Assembly (NCBI GenBank): GCA_963807425.1
Contig: CAWEBZ010000002.1
Location: 27,614 to 91,613, forward strand
Direction of reading: 5' to 3'
Source: an uncultured Solirubrobacterales bacterium
GTDB lineage: Bacteria > Actinomycetota > Thermoleophilia > Solirubrobacterales > 70-9
Length of the DNA: 64,000 bases
The translations under genes were made by a program, and so were the position numbers. Each line of letters begins with the position of its first letter. Positions within the stretch are counted from its first letter, which is position 1. The notes beneath the pieces were generated by a model. That model did no database searches. It saw only the letters and a list, made by a program, of their open reading frames with translations, and was not told where the DNA came from. Shown piece after piece: positions 27,853 through 37,066 of this stretch.

Positions 27853-28767
27853 ATGCGCATCGCAAGCCTCGTACCGTCGGCAACCGAGATGCTCTTCGCC
27901 CTCGGGCTGGGGGATGACGTCGTCGCGGTGACGCACGAGTGCGACTACCCGCCCGAGGTTCGTTCTCGTCCCCATCTGACCCGCACCGTGCTGCCCGCCG
28001 GCCTCAGCGCCAGGGAGATCGACAACACGGTCAAGGTGCGGGTCGCCGAGGGCCAGGCGCTCTACGAGCTGGATGAGGAGCTGCTGGCCTCGCTTGCCCC
28101 CGATCTGATCGTCACCCAGGCGATCTGCGAGGTATGCGCGGTTTCCTACGAGGACGTGCTCGAAGTAGCCGCGCGCCTACCCGGGCGGCCGCAGGTGATC
28201 CAGCAGGACCCCAGCACGCTCGGCGAGATGCTGGAGGACGTGATCCGGCTCGGCGAGGCGGCGCGGATCGAGCCGCAGGCACACGAGCTGCGGGGCGAGC
28301 TGGAGGGCAGGCTGGCGACCGTTCGCGCTGCCGTCTCCGGGGCGAGCCTGCCGCGGGTGATCGCGCTGGAGTGGCTCGACCCGCCCTTCGTCGGCGGCCA
28401 CTGGATCCCCGAGATGATCTCGATCGCCGGCGGCGAGGACGTCGCCGGGCCTCCCGGGCTGAAGTCACCGGAGGTTTCCTGGGGAGAGCTTTCCGGATTG
28501 GGGCCCGATGTCGCGATCGCGATGCCATGCGGCTGGTACGTCGAGGACTCGCGCACTCAGGCCCTCGAGCACTGGGAGCAGATCGAGGAGCTGGGGGCGA
28601 AGCGGATCTTCGCCGTGGATGCGGCATCGACCTTTTCCCGGCCTGGACCGCGGCTGATCGACGGGGTCGAGCTGCTCGGGCATCTGCTCCATCCCGATCT
28701 GGTCGACCCACCGGGGAACATCGGCTTCGCCGAGCTACAGGCGCCCGAGGTGCAGCAGGGTCGCTGA
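27853..28767 (+). CDS. Periplasmic-binding-protein type 2 (cobalamin/siderophore-type) substrate-binding protein without a signal peptide
   Basis: MRIASLVPSATEMLFALGLGDDVVAVTHECDYP ... is typical of BtuF-like binding proteins. There is no hydrophobic leader and no permease or ATPase gene nearby. Confidence 0.7.
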   Translation: MRIASLVPSATEMLFALGLGDDVVAVTHECDYPPEVRSRPHLTRTVLPAGLSAREIDNTVKVRVAEGQALYELDEELLASLAPDLIVTQAICEVCAVSYEDVLEVAARLPGRPQVIQQDPSTLGEMLEDVIRLGEAARIEPQAHELRGELEGRLATVRAAVSGASLPRVIALEWLDPPFVGGHWIPEMISIAGGEDVAGPPGLKSPEVSWGELSGLGPDVAIAMPCGWYVEDSRTQALEHWEQIEELGAKRIFAVDAASTFSRPGPRLIDGVELLGHLLHPDLVDPPGNIGFAELQAPEVQQGR

Positions 28768-28769
28768 GG

Positions 28770-29594
28770 TCAGGCGACGGCCAGCGCGCCGACGACCGAG
28801 AGAACACCGACCGCGATCATCGCCGCCAGCTCCGCTCCCAGCCGATTGGGTCCAAGCATGCCCCGGTCGCCCGCGACGATCGCGATCCCGCAGAGCAGGC
28901 CCCCGGCCAAACCGCCGAGATGGCCGCCGATGCTGATTCCGGCGATGCCGAAGGTGAGCGCGAGATTGATCAGCAGCAGCACCCCGAGCTCCGAGGCCAC
29001 GGTGTTGAGGCCGCGACCGCGGGCGATCACGAAGGTGGCGCCGAAGATGCCGAAGATCGCCCCCGAGGCCCCAACCGTGAACTGACCTGGGTCGGTAAGC
29101 GCCAGCGCCCCGAACGATCCCGCGAGCAGCGAGGCGAAATAGAGGGCGACGAAGCGGGGCGTCCCGATCCCCGGCTCCAAGAGCCGCCCGAGCACGAAGA
29201 GGGCGAACATGTTGAAGCCGAGGTGCAGGAGTCCGGCATGGAGGAAGCCGCCGGTCACCAGGCGGTACCACTCGCCATCGGCAACCGCAGCCCCCTGCAA
29301 GCCGAAGTCGCGGACGAGGGAACCGCTGACCCCGCTGAGACCGCCGCTGCCTGTGGCTGTCTCGGCGAGATAGGCAACGACGTTGAGCGCGATCAGCACG
29401 ACCGTCGCCGGCGCGGTGCCGAACAAGGAGGCCTCCCCCACCCCCCTCGTCACCTTCGTCCGCTGGCTCGCGCACTCCGGACAGCGCATTCCCACCGGGG
29501 TCGGCGTCATGCAGTCGGGACAGATCGGCCGCCCGCACGATGAGCAGGAGACCCCCGTCTCGCGGTTCGGGTGCCTGTAACAAGTCTCGGCCAC
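28770..29594 (-). CDS. Rhomboid-family intramembrane serine protease with N-terminal zinc ribbon
   Basis: A Cys-rich N-terminus (CSSCGRPICPDC ... CPEC), the GASGAIFG serine motif, a later HLGG histidine and multiple TM helices. Confidence 0.85.
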   Translation of the reverse strand: MAETCYRHPNRETGVSCSSCGRPICPDCMTPTPVGMRCPECASQRTKVTRGVGEASLFGTAPATVVLIALNVVAYLAETATGSGGLSGVSGSLVRDFGLQGAAVADGEWYRLVTGGFLHAGLLHLGFNMFALFVLGRLLEPGIGTPRFVALYFASLLAGSFGALALTDPGQFTVGASGAIFGIFGATFVIARGRGLNTVASELGVLLLINLALTFGIAGISIGGHLGGLAGGLLCGIAIVAGDRGMLGPNRLGAELAAMIAVGVLSVVGALAVA

Positions 29595-29621
29595 GGGGAT
29601 GCGCAGCCTACAATCGTCGCC

Positions 29622-30041
29622 GTGGACGGACCCAGCCCGGCAAGGCTCTACACGACGCTCTGCGGCGCACTGCTCGTCATCGCCGGGATCGCCGGCTTCT
29701 TCTACAGCGCCTCCTTCGGCTCGCCCGGTGAGGTCGGCGAGGTGTTCGGGGCCTTCGCCGTCAACGGCTGGAGCAACGTGCTCTACGTCCTCGCCGGAAC
29801 GATCGGCCTGCTGGCCGCCGACTACGGCTCGCGCCCGTACGCGCTGAGCGTCGGGCTGATCTTCGTCGTGATCGCGGCCTGGGGATTCACGATCGGCAGC
29901 GGCGACTCGATCCTCGGCTTTCTCCCCGTCAACACCGCGGACACCGTCTTCAGCCTTGTGCTCGGCGTGCTCGGGATCGGCGCAGCGATGGCGACGCCCA
30001 AGGCGAAAGCGAAGGCCAAGCCCGCTTCCGCTATGGCCTGA
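29622..30041 (+). CDS. DUF4383-like small membrane protein
   Basis: Four hydrophobic helices with NGWSNVLY... typical of DUF4383. The start is uncertain: GTG 29622 is preferred over the ORF-track start at 29571, which overlaps the rhomboid start. Confidence 0.55.
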   Translation: MDGPSPARLYTTLCGALLVIAGIAGFFYSASFGSPGEVGEVFGAFAVNGWSNVLYVLAGTIGLLAADYGSRPYALSVGLIFVVIAAWGFTIGSGDSILGFLPVNTADTVFSLVLGVLGIGAAMATPKAKAKAKPASAMA

Positions 30042-30378
30042 GCCGGCCGCTCAGCGAGCGCAGGCCGCCCTTGGCCTGCTGACGGCCACGGCGGCGGGCC
30101 TCGAGCAGGACCAGGGCACTGGCGGCGACACCCCCAGCGCCGACCGCGACCACCGGGCGCACCCAGTTGCGAGGATCGCGCAAGGCGCGCAGCTCGCTGT
30201 CGGAGAGCTCCTCGGCCCAGTGAGACAGCTCCTCTGCAGCGGCCTGGGTGACGGCGGACAGCGTGTCCTCGACCCTGCCTGAGAGCCGCTCCGGCGGCTC
30301 GATCGGCCGCAGCGCATCGGAGAGCAGATGCTCGACGTTCCAGGTGCTGCCGCTGAGTCGCTCGCTGGCTTCACTCAT
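30031..30378 (-). CDS. Putative anti-sigma factor (single C-terminal TM helix)
   Basis: 115 aa, overlapping the ECF sigma stop by 8 nt. TM segment is WVRPVVAVGAGGVAASALVLL. The assignment rests on gene context only. Confidence 0.45.
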   Translation of the reverse strand: MSEASERLSGSTWNVEHLLSDALRPIEPPERLSGRVEDTLSAVTQAAAEELSHWAEELSDSELRALRDPRNWVRPVVAVGAGGVAASALVLLEARRRGRQQAKGGLRSLSGRLRP

Positions 30379-30937
30379 CGTCCATCTCCTCCTGCAGCTG
30401 CTTGATCGCGCGATGGATCAGCACCTTGGTGGCACCGTCGGTGCGACCGAGGGCGCGGGCGATCTCGCGGTTGTCCATGCCGAGCGCAAAGCGCATGATC
30501 AACGCCTCGCGACGGTCGTCGGGGAGGTTCTCCAGCTTGGCCATCACCTGGCGCAGCTCCTCGCGGCCCTCGGCGATCGCCTCGGTGCCGTGGCGGGCCG
30601 GAATCGGGTCCGCGTTCTCGAGCGATGTCTGCGGCCGGCGCGAGCGGTCGCGGTAGTAGTTCGAGGCGAGGTTGTGGGCGATCCGGATCAGCCAGGGACG
30701 CAGCGGCCGTCCGGCGGACTCCCGCCGGGCGCGGTCGAAGTGGCGATAGGCCTGAAGGAAGGCCTGCTCGGTGAGGTCCTCGGCATCGTGGGGGTTGCCG
30801 ATCCGGTAATAGGCATAGGAATAGACGTCGCGCAGGTGGGCCCGGTAGAGGTCCTCGAAGGCCCGGTCCAGCTCCGCCTTGGCGGCTGGGTCGAGGCTCG
30901 CCGGCTCGACGTTCTCGCTCGCTCGCTCCGCGCTCAC
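30371..30937 (-). CDS. ECF-type sigma-70 family RNA polymerase sigma factor
   Basis: Region 2 (DAEDLTEQAFLQAYRHF ... WLIRIAHN) and region 4 (LPDDRREALIMRFALGMDNREIARALG). Confidence 0.88.
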   Translation of the reverse strand: MSAERASENVEPASLDPAAKAELDRAFEDLYRAHLRDVYSYAYYRIGNPHDAEDLTEQAFLQAYRHFDRARRESAGRPLRPWLIRIAHNLASNYYRDRSRRPQTSLENADPIPARHGTEAIAEGREELRQVMAKLENLPDDRREALIMRFALGMDNREIARALGRTDGATKVLIHRAIKQLQEEMDDE

Positions 30938-30958
30938 AGATCAACCCTAGATGCACCA

Positions 30959-32626
30959 TCAAGCTGCCTTCTTCGAGCGCTCGGCACTGCGCAGCCCGGC
31001 AACCCAGGACTCAGCGTCGATCTCGCCCCGGATCAGGGCGGCGAGGCCGGACAGCGCTTCCGCGGGGGTTCCCGCCGCCTCGGTGGCTGCCGCCAGCAGC
31101 GGCACCGCGTCCAACCCCTCGGAAGCCTGGCCGATCAACCCGGGGATCTCAGCCGCCGGCGTTCCCCTGCCGAGCAGCTCTCCGGCGCGGCGGTTGCGGC
31201 CGGTCGGCGCCATCACCGTCGCTGTGAGGTCGCCGACCCCGGCCAGGCCGGAGAAGGTCTCGAGCTCGGCGCCGCGGCCGATCGCGTACTCGATGCACTC
31301 GTGCCAGATCTCCGCCGCTGCGATACCCGCCGCGTTCAGCCCATGGGGCTCGGCGGCGGCGGCGGCCAGAGCCGCGGCGTTCTTCGCCGCCCCGGCCATC
31401 TCGACCCCGGCGACGTCGTGCGCGCGCTCGCAGACCAGGCCGGCATGATCGAAGACGCCGCCGAGCTGTTCGCGAAGGTCCGCATCGGCGGAACCGAGCA
31501 CGAGGGCGGCAGAGCCCGACACGGCCTCGCGTGCGTGCGCCGGCCCGCCGAGACAGGCAATCGCACGCGCACGAACCCGCTCGCCGACGTACTCGGCGGG
31601 GAGCTGCCCCAGCGGCGCGATCAGCCCCTTGGTTAGGAGCAGAACGGCGGAGCGCGCACCGATCCGGTCGGCGATCGTCCCGACGGCCTGGGGTAGCGAT
31701 CCCGACGGGATCGCCAGGCAGACGAGGTCCAGCCCGGCCAGCTCGATCTCCGATGCGGGACGCACGCGCACCGTGCTCGGCAGGCGGACGCCCTCGAGGT
31801 AGCGGCGGTTTTCGCCGGCCTCGGCGATCTCCGCGGCCTGCGTAGCGGTGCGGGCTCCGAGCTGGACCTCGAGCCCGCCGCGAGCCAGCAGCACAGCGAC
31901 CGCGGTGCCCCAGCTACCGGCGCCGATCACCGCTGCGCGGCGCATCGGCGGCAGGCCTCCCATGTCCTCCCACTGCAGCTCGACATTGGGCCAGATCCTT
32001 GCCGTCACCGTCGCCGCCAAGCCGCGGGACGGGTCCTCCGCGCGGGGAAAGGTCATCGCGCGTCCAAGCCTCACCTTCACCTTGCGGGGACGGATTCGCC
32101 AGCCTCGTCGTACGTGTTCGGTGCCGAGCACTGCCGCGGGAATCACCGGCGCTCCGGTTTGCAGGGCGAGGCGACCGACCCCCCGCTTGGGCTCGGCCAA
32201 CGAGCCACGGCGGATCCGGGTGCCCTCAGGGAAAATGCAGACAGTTCCGCCGCGCTCGACCACCAGCCGGGCGGTCTCGACCGACTCCTCGTCTGACTCG
32301 CCGCGGCGAATCGGGAAGGCACCCAGCCGCGAGAGCAGCCATCCCTGCCAGCGGCGCTCGAACAGCTCGACCTTGGCCACGTAGTTCAGCGGCCGCCGCC
32401 AGGGCAGGATGCCGCCAATCGCGAACGGGTCGAGAAAGCTCCTGTGGTTGGAGGCGACGATCAGGCCGCCTTTGACCCGACGCCCGTGCTCGCGACCGGT
32501 CCTCGTGTAGCGGAAGTAGACGAGGAAGAAGGGCGTCATCGCAACCCGCGCGAGCAGGTACATCGGCCAGTTGACGCCATGTCGGCGCGTGTAGGCGTGG
32601 TAGCGATGGAGTCGCTCTTCGATCAT
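30959..32626 (-). CDS. Fusion protein: 1-acyl-sn-glycerol-3-phosphate acyltransferase (PlsC-like) plus NAD(P)H glycerol-3-phosphate dehydrogenase (GpsA)
   Basis: Residues 1 to about 225 carry the NHRSFLD (HX4D) and FPEGTR motifs. Residues about 229-555 carry the Rossmann motif VIGAGSWGTA and a GpsA core. A single 555-aa frame has no stop between the two parts. Confidence 0.82.
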   Translation of the reverse strand: MIEERLHRYHAYTRRHGVNWPMYLLARVAMTPFFLVYFRYTRTGREHGRRVKGGLIVASNHRSFLDPFAIGGILPWRRPLNYVAKVELFERRWQGWLLSRLGAFPIRRGESDEESVETARLVVERGGTVCIFPEGTRIRRGSLAEPKRGVGRLALQTGAPVIPAAVLGTEHVRRGWRIRPRKVKVRLGRAMTFPRAEDPSRGLAATVTARIWPNVELQWEDMGGLPPMRRAAVIGAGSWGTAVAVLLARGGLEVQLGARTATQAAEIAEAGENRRYLEGVRLPSTVRVRPASEIELAGLDLVCLAIPSGSLPQAVGTIADRIGARSAVLLLTKGLIAPLGQLPAEYVGERVRARAIACLGGPAHAREAVSGSAALVLGSADADLREQLGGVFDHAGLVCERAHDVAGVEMAGAAKNAAALAAAAAEPHGLNAAGIAAAEIWHECIEYAIGRGAELETFSGLAGVGDLTATVMAPTGRNRRAGELLGRGTPAAEIPGLIGQASEGLDAVPLLAAATEAAGTPAEALSGLAALIRGEIDAESWVAGLRSAERSKKAA

Positions 32627-32657
32627 CGAAGAGCGCTACACGGGGAGAGCGTCGCGG

Positions 32658-33662
32658 TTACCAGGCACTCTCGATCAGCTGCAGGAGCTCCTCGCGCGTC
32701 GGCGGCTCCGGGGTGAAGGCGATCTCCGGGCGCAGGAGCATCGACTCCAGAGCCTGGTCGAGCTGAGCGCGATCAGCACCAAGATCGCCAAGGCCAGGAG
32801 GACCGCCGCCGAGCTCGAGGATGCGGGACTCGATCCGATCCGGACTGGTCCCGATCGCCTCGGCCAGGGGCTCGAGGCCGTCAGGGGCACGAGGGGCCAT
32901 GAAGGCCATCGCACGAGGGAGGATCGCGGCGTTGGTCTCGGCGTGGGGAATGCCGCAGACGCGGACCAGGGTCTGGCAGATCACGTGGTGGATACCGAAC
33001 ATGCCGGAGTCGATCGCGTAGGCGCTGAGGATCGAACCGAGCGCAAGGGCATCGCGATTGCGCTCGGCCGGATCCTGGTCAAGGGAGCTGGCGATCAGCT
33101 CCGCACCGCGCAGCGCCGCCATCTGAGAGACAGGGTTGGCGAACGGCGTGTAGAGCGAGTCGGCGCCGTGGGCCAGGGCGTTCATCGAGCTCGCTCGCAA
33201 CTGCGCCTCTGGCAGGCCGGTCATCGCCTCTGCCGCGGCAATCACCAGCGCCGGGCGCACGAGGTCGAGGACCCTGTCCTCGGCTCCGGCCGGAAGACGA
33301 TGGATGCCGGTCATCTCGGCACCAGACATCGTGGTCGGGATCGCGGCGACGCGGGCGCCGCTGACCGAGGCGATCGCCTTGGCGGTGTCGATCACCCTGC
33401 CGCCCCCGAATGCCACCAGGTTCTCGGCCTGGGTGGCCTTGAGCAACGAGGCGGCTAGCTCGGGAACGGAGCCCGTTGGCACCTCTCTCACCGCGGTTGC
33501 CGCCTGCACCAGCTCCGGCGCCTTGGCGATGGCCCGCTCGGTTGAGAGCAGGTCGAAGGCCTCTATCCCGTGCTCGATCAACAGCTGCGGCGCATCGGAG
33601 ACGCCGCTGGCGCGGAATACGACGACCCGCCCGGCATCCCGCCAGACGAAGTTGCCGTTCAC
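32658..33662 (-). CDS. Iron-containing alcohol dehydrogenase family protein (maleylacetate-reductase-like)
   Basis: GTG start overlapping the upstream stop (GTGA). Motifs GGGRVIDTAK and a His-rich metal site (HHVICQ ... HAETNA). Confidence 0.7.
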   Translation of the reverse strand: MNGNFVWRDAGRVVVFRASGVSDAPQLLIEHGIEAFDLLSTERAIAKAPELVQAATAVREVPTGSVPELAASLLKATQAENLVAFGGGRVIDTAKAIASVSGARVAAIPTTMSGAEMTGIHRLPAGAEDRVLDLVRPALVIAAAEAMTGLPEAQLRASSMNALAHGADSLYTPFANPVSQMAALRGAELIASSLDQDPAERNRDALALGSILSAYAIDSGMFGIHHVICQTLVRVCGIPHAETNAAILPRAMAFMAPRAPDGLEPLAEAIGTSPDRIESRILELGGGPPGLGDLGADRAQLDQALESMLLRPEIAFTPEPPTREELLQLIESAW

Positions 33663-34576
33663 TCGGCGGAGACCGTGCGGGGGTTCACCACTGGTCGCAG
33701 GTTCGGTTCGACCTCTCCGCGGAGGTGCTCGTAGTCAGGCGGCAGCGAGAGCTTCTCGCCGAGGTGCTCGAGCGGCTCGTCGACCGTGAAGCCCGGCCCC
33801 AGGGTGGCGATCTCGAAGAGGACGCCGCTCGGCTCACGGAAGTAGATCGAGCGGAAGTAGAAGCGATCGATAACCGGGGTCGGCTGTGCACCGGCCGAGA
33901 TCGCCCGCTGGCGCCACTCTGGGTGCTCGTCGATACTCGAAGCCCAAGCGACGTGGTGGACGCTGCCCGCCCCCTGCAGCCCACGCTCGGTGGGCGGCTC
34001 GTCGTAGGTGTAGAGGCCCCCGCGCTGCACGCCGCGTGCCTCCCAGCCGTCGGCCACCGGCTCGAACTCAAGCGCCTCCAAGAGGCCGCGACTTGCATCT
34101 GGATCGGCGCTGAAAGCCCGTACGGCGTGGAACCCCTGCAGCGCGAGCTCGGCGGGTACCTCTGGGTGATCGGCGATCAGCGGCTCGTCGTCGACCTCGA
34201 CCACAGCCAGCTCGTGACCGAGCCCCTCTGGGTCGGAGAAGAGCAAACTGCCCTCAGTACGCTCGGACTCGATCCCGGCGGCGGCGAGCCGCCCGGCCCA
34301 GAAGCTCAGCGACTCCTCCGAGCCGACTCGCCAGACGATCCGGTGGACGTCCCCAGCTCCGGCCCGCCCCGATGGCACGCCGGGAAACTCGAAGAAGGTG
34401 AGATCGGAGCCAGCGCTGCCCTTCTCGTCTGCAAAGAAGAGGTGGTAGACGGTTGGCTGGTCCTGGTTGACCGTCTTCTTGACCAGCCGCAGCCCCATAA
34501 CCCCCGCATAGAAGTCGACATTGCGCTGCGCGTCGTCGGTGATCGCGGTGATGTGGTGAATTCCCTCTAGCTTCAT
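33659..34576 (-). CDS. Ring-cleaving dioxygenase (two-module VOC/glyoxalase superfamily)
   Basis: 305 aa from the ATG at 34576 (MKLEGIHHITAI...) with a second module containing HHVAW. The rest of the 746-aa ORF is antisense to the gene at 34601-35977. Confidence 0.82.
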   Translation of the reverse strand: MKLEGIHHITAITDDAQRNVDFYAGVMGLRLVKKTVNQDQPTVYHLFFADEKGSAGSDLTFFEFPGVPSGRAGAGDVHRIVWRVGSEESLSFWAGRLAAAGIESERTEGSLLFSDPEGLGHELAVVEVDDEPLIADHPEVPAELALQGFHAVRAFSADPDASRGLLEALEFEPVADGWEARGVQRGGLYTYDEPPTERGLQGAGSVHHVAWASSIDEHPEWRQRAISAGAQPTPVIDRFYFRSIYFREPSGVLFEIATLGPGFTVDEPLEHLGEKLSLPPDYEHLRGEVEPNLRPVVNPRTVSAE

Positions 34577-34600
34577 GGGGTCACGTATAGCATTCCTCCA

Positions 34601-35977
34601 GTGAGCCGCGGACGACGACGCACAGTAAAGGCCCTCGTCGTGCTCGGCTCGGTGCTCGCCTTCCTCAGCGTCTTCGCGATCTGGACCGAGCGCCAGGCAC
34701 TCAACACCGACGACTGGGTCGACACCAGCGGCCGGCTGATCGAGAACTCGACGATCCGCGAAGAGGTCGGCAACTACCTGGTCGACCAGCTTTACGAAAA
34801 CGTCGACGTCGAGAAAGAACTGACCGAAATCCTTCCCGGCGATACCAAGGACCTCGCCGGGCCCGTCTCGGGCGGGCTGCGCCAGGTGGCCGGAACCGGG
34901 GCCGATCAGGTGCTGAAGAGCTCGACCGCACAGGGCCTCTGGGAAGAAGCCAACCGGACGGCCCACGAGCAGCTTCTCGCCGTGCTCGAAGACAAGGGCG
35001 AAGCGGTCTCCACCGAAGAAGGAAACGTCAGCCTCAACCTCGGCAGCCTGGTGACGAACCTCGCGGACCAAGTGGGGATCGGCGCCGATCTCGCTGAGAA
35101 GCTTCCGCCCGACGCGGGCCAGATCACGATCCTGCGCTCGGACCAGCTGAAGACCGCCCAGAACATCGCGGTGGCGGTGAAGGGATTGGCGCTGGTCCTC
35201 TCGCTGCTCACCTTGCTCACCTTCGGCCTGGCGATCTACCTCTCGCGAGAGGGACGCTGGGTGACCGTACTGTTCAGCGGGATCGGCCTGGTCGCCGCCG
35301 GCTTCGCGGTGATCGTCGCCCGCGAGATCGCCGGCGGAATCGTGATCGACCAGCTGGTCACCGACGAGAGCGCCAAGCCCGCGGGAGAAGCGGCCTGGTC
35401 GATCGCCACCTCGCTGATGACCAGCATCGCGACGACCGTGATCGTCGTCGGCGTGCTGTTTGGGATCGCCGGCTGGCTCGCCTCTCCCACCAGCTCCGCG
35501 CAGGCCACGCGCAGGGTGCTCGCCCCGGCGCTTCGCGACTACGCGGTCTACGTCTACACCGCCCTGGCGATCGTCGTCTGCTTCTACTTCCTCTCGGCAC
35601 CGACCCAGAACCTGCGCTCCTTCCTCACCACCCTGGCGATCGCCGGCCTGGCGGCATTCGGCATCCACGAGCTGCGCAAACAGTCCGCCGAGGAATTCCC
35701 CGACGCCGAGTTCAGCGACGTTTTCGGGAAAACCAAGGAGCGGGTCGTCGGCGCGGTCAAGGACGCCAACATCGGCGAGCGAGCCTCGAAACTGCGCCTG
35801 CCCGAGATGCGCAAACCAGGCGCCGGCACGACAGAGACGCCAGCCGTCGACAGCGAGGACGCCCGCCTTGCCCGCCTCGAGCGCCTCGCGACCCTGCACG
35901 AGAAAGGGGTCCTCACCGACGAGGAGCTGGCTACGGAGAAGGCCCGGGTGCTCAACCCCGCCGACCCTGAGGCCTGA
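34601..35977 (+). CDS. Integral membrane protein with C-terminal SHOCT domain
   Basis: An N-terminal TM helix, a large extracytoplasmic region and four or five more TM helices. The C-terminal RLERLATLHEKGVLTDEELATEKARVL matches the SHOCT pattern. Confidence 0.65.
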   Translation: MSRGRRRTVKALVVLGSVLAFLSVFAIWTERQALNTDDWVDTSGRLIENSTIREEVGNYLVDQLYENVDVEKELTEILPGDTKDLAGPVSGGLRQVAGTGADQVLKSSTAQGLWEEANRTAHEQLLAVLEDKGEAVSTEEGNVSLNLGSLVTNLADQVGIGADLAEKLPPDAGQITILRSDQLKTAQNIAVAVKGLALVLSLLTLLTFGLAIYLSREGRWVTVLFSGIGLVAAGFAVIVAREIAGGIVIDQLVTDESAKPAGEAAWSIATSLMTSIATTVIVVGVLFGIAGWLASPTSSAQATRRVLAPALRDYAVYVYTALAIVVCFYFLSAPTQNLRSFLTTLAIAGLAAFGIHELRKQSAEEFPDAEFSDVFGKTKERVVGAVKDANIGERASKLRLPEMRKPGAGTTETPAVDSEDARLARLERLATLHEKGVLTDEELATEKARVLNPADPEA

Positions 35978-35983
35978 GCCCGA

Positions 35984-36056
35984 AGCCCGCCTCCGGAATC
36001 GAACCGGAAACCTCTTGATTACAAATCAAGTGCTCTACCAATTGAGCTAGGCGGGC
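35984..36056 (-). tRNA. tRNA-Thr (anticodon UGU)
   Basis: A manual cloverleaf fold works: acceptor GCCCGCC/GGCGGGC, D arm GCTC-AATTGGTA-GAGC, anticodon arm CTTGA-TTTGTAA-TCAAG, T arm TCCGG-TTCGATT-CCGGA, discriminator T. CCA is not encoded. Confidence 0.9.
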
Positions 36057-36076
36057 GCGGAACCGAATATAGAGAG

Positions 36077-37066
36077 ATGGACGCGAAGTTTCGGTTTCTG
36101 GAGCCTGACGAGGGCGATGTGCTGTGCGAGGCGATCCGGGTCGCTTACGGAGACAGCTATGACGTGCGCTGGGTATATGACCCAGCCGAGGTATCGGCGC
36201 GACTGGCGGCAGGGACCTATGTGTCATGTGTGGCCGAGTCGGCCGATGGAGAGCTGCTCTGCCATGAGGGGATGAGCCTCAGCGATCCCGGCGACGCCGT
36301 CGGCCACTCGGGCCAGGCGGTGACGATGCCGTCGGCGCGCGGCCAGCACCTCTTCACCCGCACCAAGCAGCACCTGATGGACTGGGCGCGCGAACGAGGC
36401 CTGGCGGGGATGTACAGCGAGGCGACCGCCGCCCACCCCTACAGCCAGCGCGCCAACATCGAGCTAGGTGCGCACGAGACGGGCTTCCTGCTCGGCTGGA
36501 TCCCGGCCTCGGTCTCCAACGACGCGGCGAGCGATGCGCCGCGCCAGCGTCAATCGGCGGCGCTCTTCTACACCAAGTTGAACGACGGCCATGAGCGCGC
36601 GGTCTATGCCCCAGAGCGCCACCGGGAGATAGTCGAGACGACGCTGGAGCTCTGCGAGCTGCGTGGGACGCTGGCCGAGCCCCCGGCCGGAGCCACACTG
36701 GAGGAGCGAACCAAGCTGCAGATCGAGGTCGACGCCGACCACAATCTGGCGCTGATTACCGTGCATGTGCCGGGCCTGGACCTCGAGGCCGTGGTCGCGG
36801 CGGAGCGCCACCACCTCTTCCACCGGGCCGGATTGGACGCCGTCTACCTCGATCTGCCCCTGGAGACCCCGGCGACGGCGCTGGTCGCCGATCACCTCGA
36901 GCGGCTGGGGGTCTCCTATGCCGGCGTCTTCCCCAACAGCCGCACCGACGGCGACGTGCTGCGGATGCAGTCCCTACACCGCGCTCGGATCAAGGCCGAC
37001 GACGTCGCGGTCGCCTCCGAGCACGGCAGGGAATTGCTCGACTACGTGCTCAACGACCTGCCGTAA
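36077..37066 (+). CDS. Hypothetical protein, tentatively with a GNAT-like acetyltransferase N-terminal domain
   Basis: 329 aa. The segment AVTMPSARGQHLFTRTKQHLMDWARERG resembles GNAT motif A. The rest is unassigned. Confidence 0.4.
   Translation: MDAKFRFLEPDEGDVLCEAIRVAYGDSYDVRWVYDPAEVSARLAAGTYVSCVAESADGELLCHEGMSLSDPGDAVGHSGQAVTMPSARGQHLFTRTKQHLMDWARERGLAGMYSEATAAHPYSQRANIELGAHETGFLLGWIPASVSNDAASDAPRQRQSAALFYTKLNDGHERAVYAPERHREIVETTLELCELRGTLAEPPAGATLEERTKLQIEVDADHNLALITVHVPGLDLEAVVAAERHHLFHRAGLDAVYLDLPLETPATALVADHLERLGVSYAGVFPNSRTDGDVLRMQSLHRARIKADDVAVASEHGRELLDYVLNDLP

Noticed and set aside
28134-29543. 469-aa plus-strand Arg-rich ORF and several other ORFs overlapping the binding-protein and rhomboid genes
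   Set aside because: They show extreme Arg/Gly/Ala bias and no motifs, and they overlap two genes with clear family signatures.
34577-35899. N-terminal 440 residues of the 746-aa minus-strand ORF 33659-35899
   Set aside because: Only the last 305 aa (from the ATG at 34576) form the dioxygenase. The remainder is antisense to the well-formed membrane/SHOCT protein gene on the plus strand and has a low-complexity Arg/Gly/Asp composition.
35978-36076. tRNA-Thr as an integration hotspot or genomic-island border
   Set aside because: There is no integrase gene, no direct repeat of the tRNA 3' end that I could see in the flanks, and the flanking genes have typical composition.
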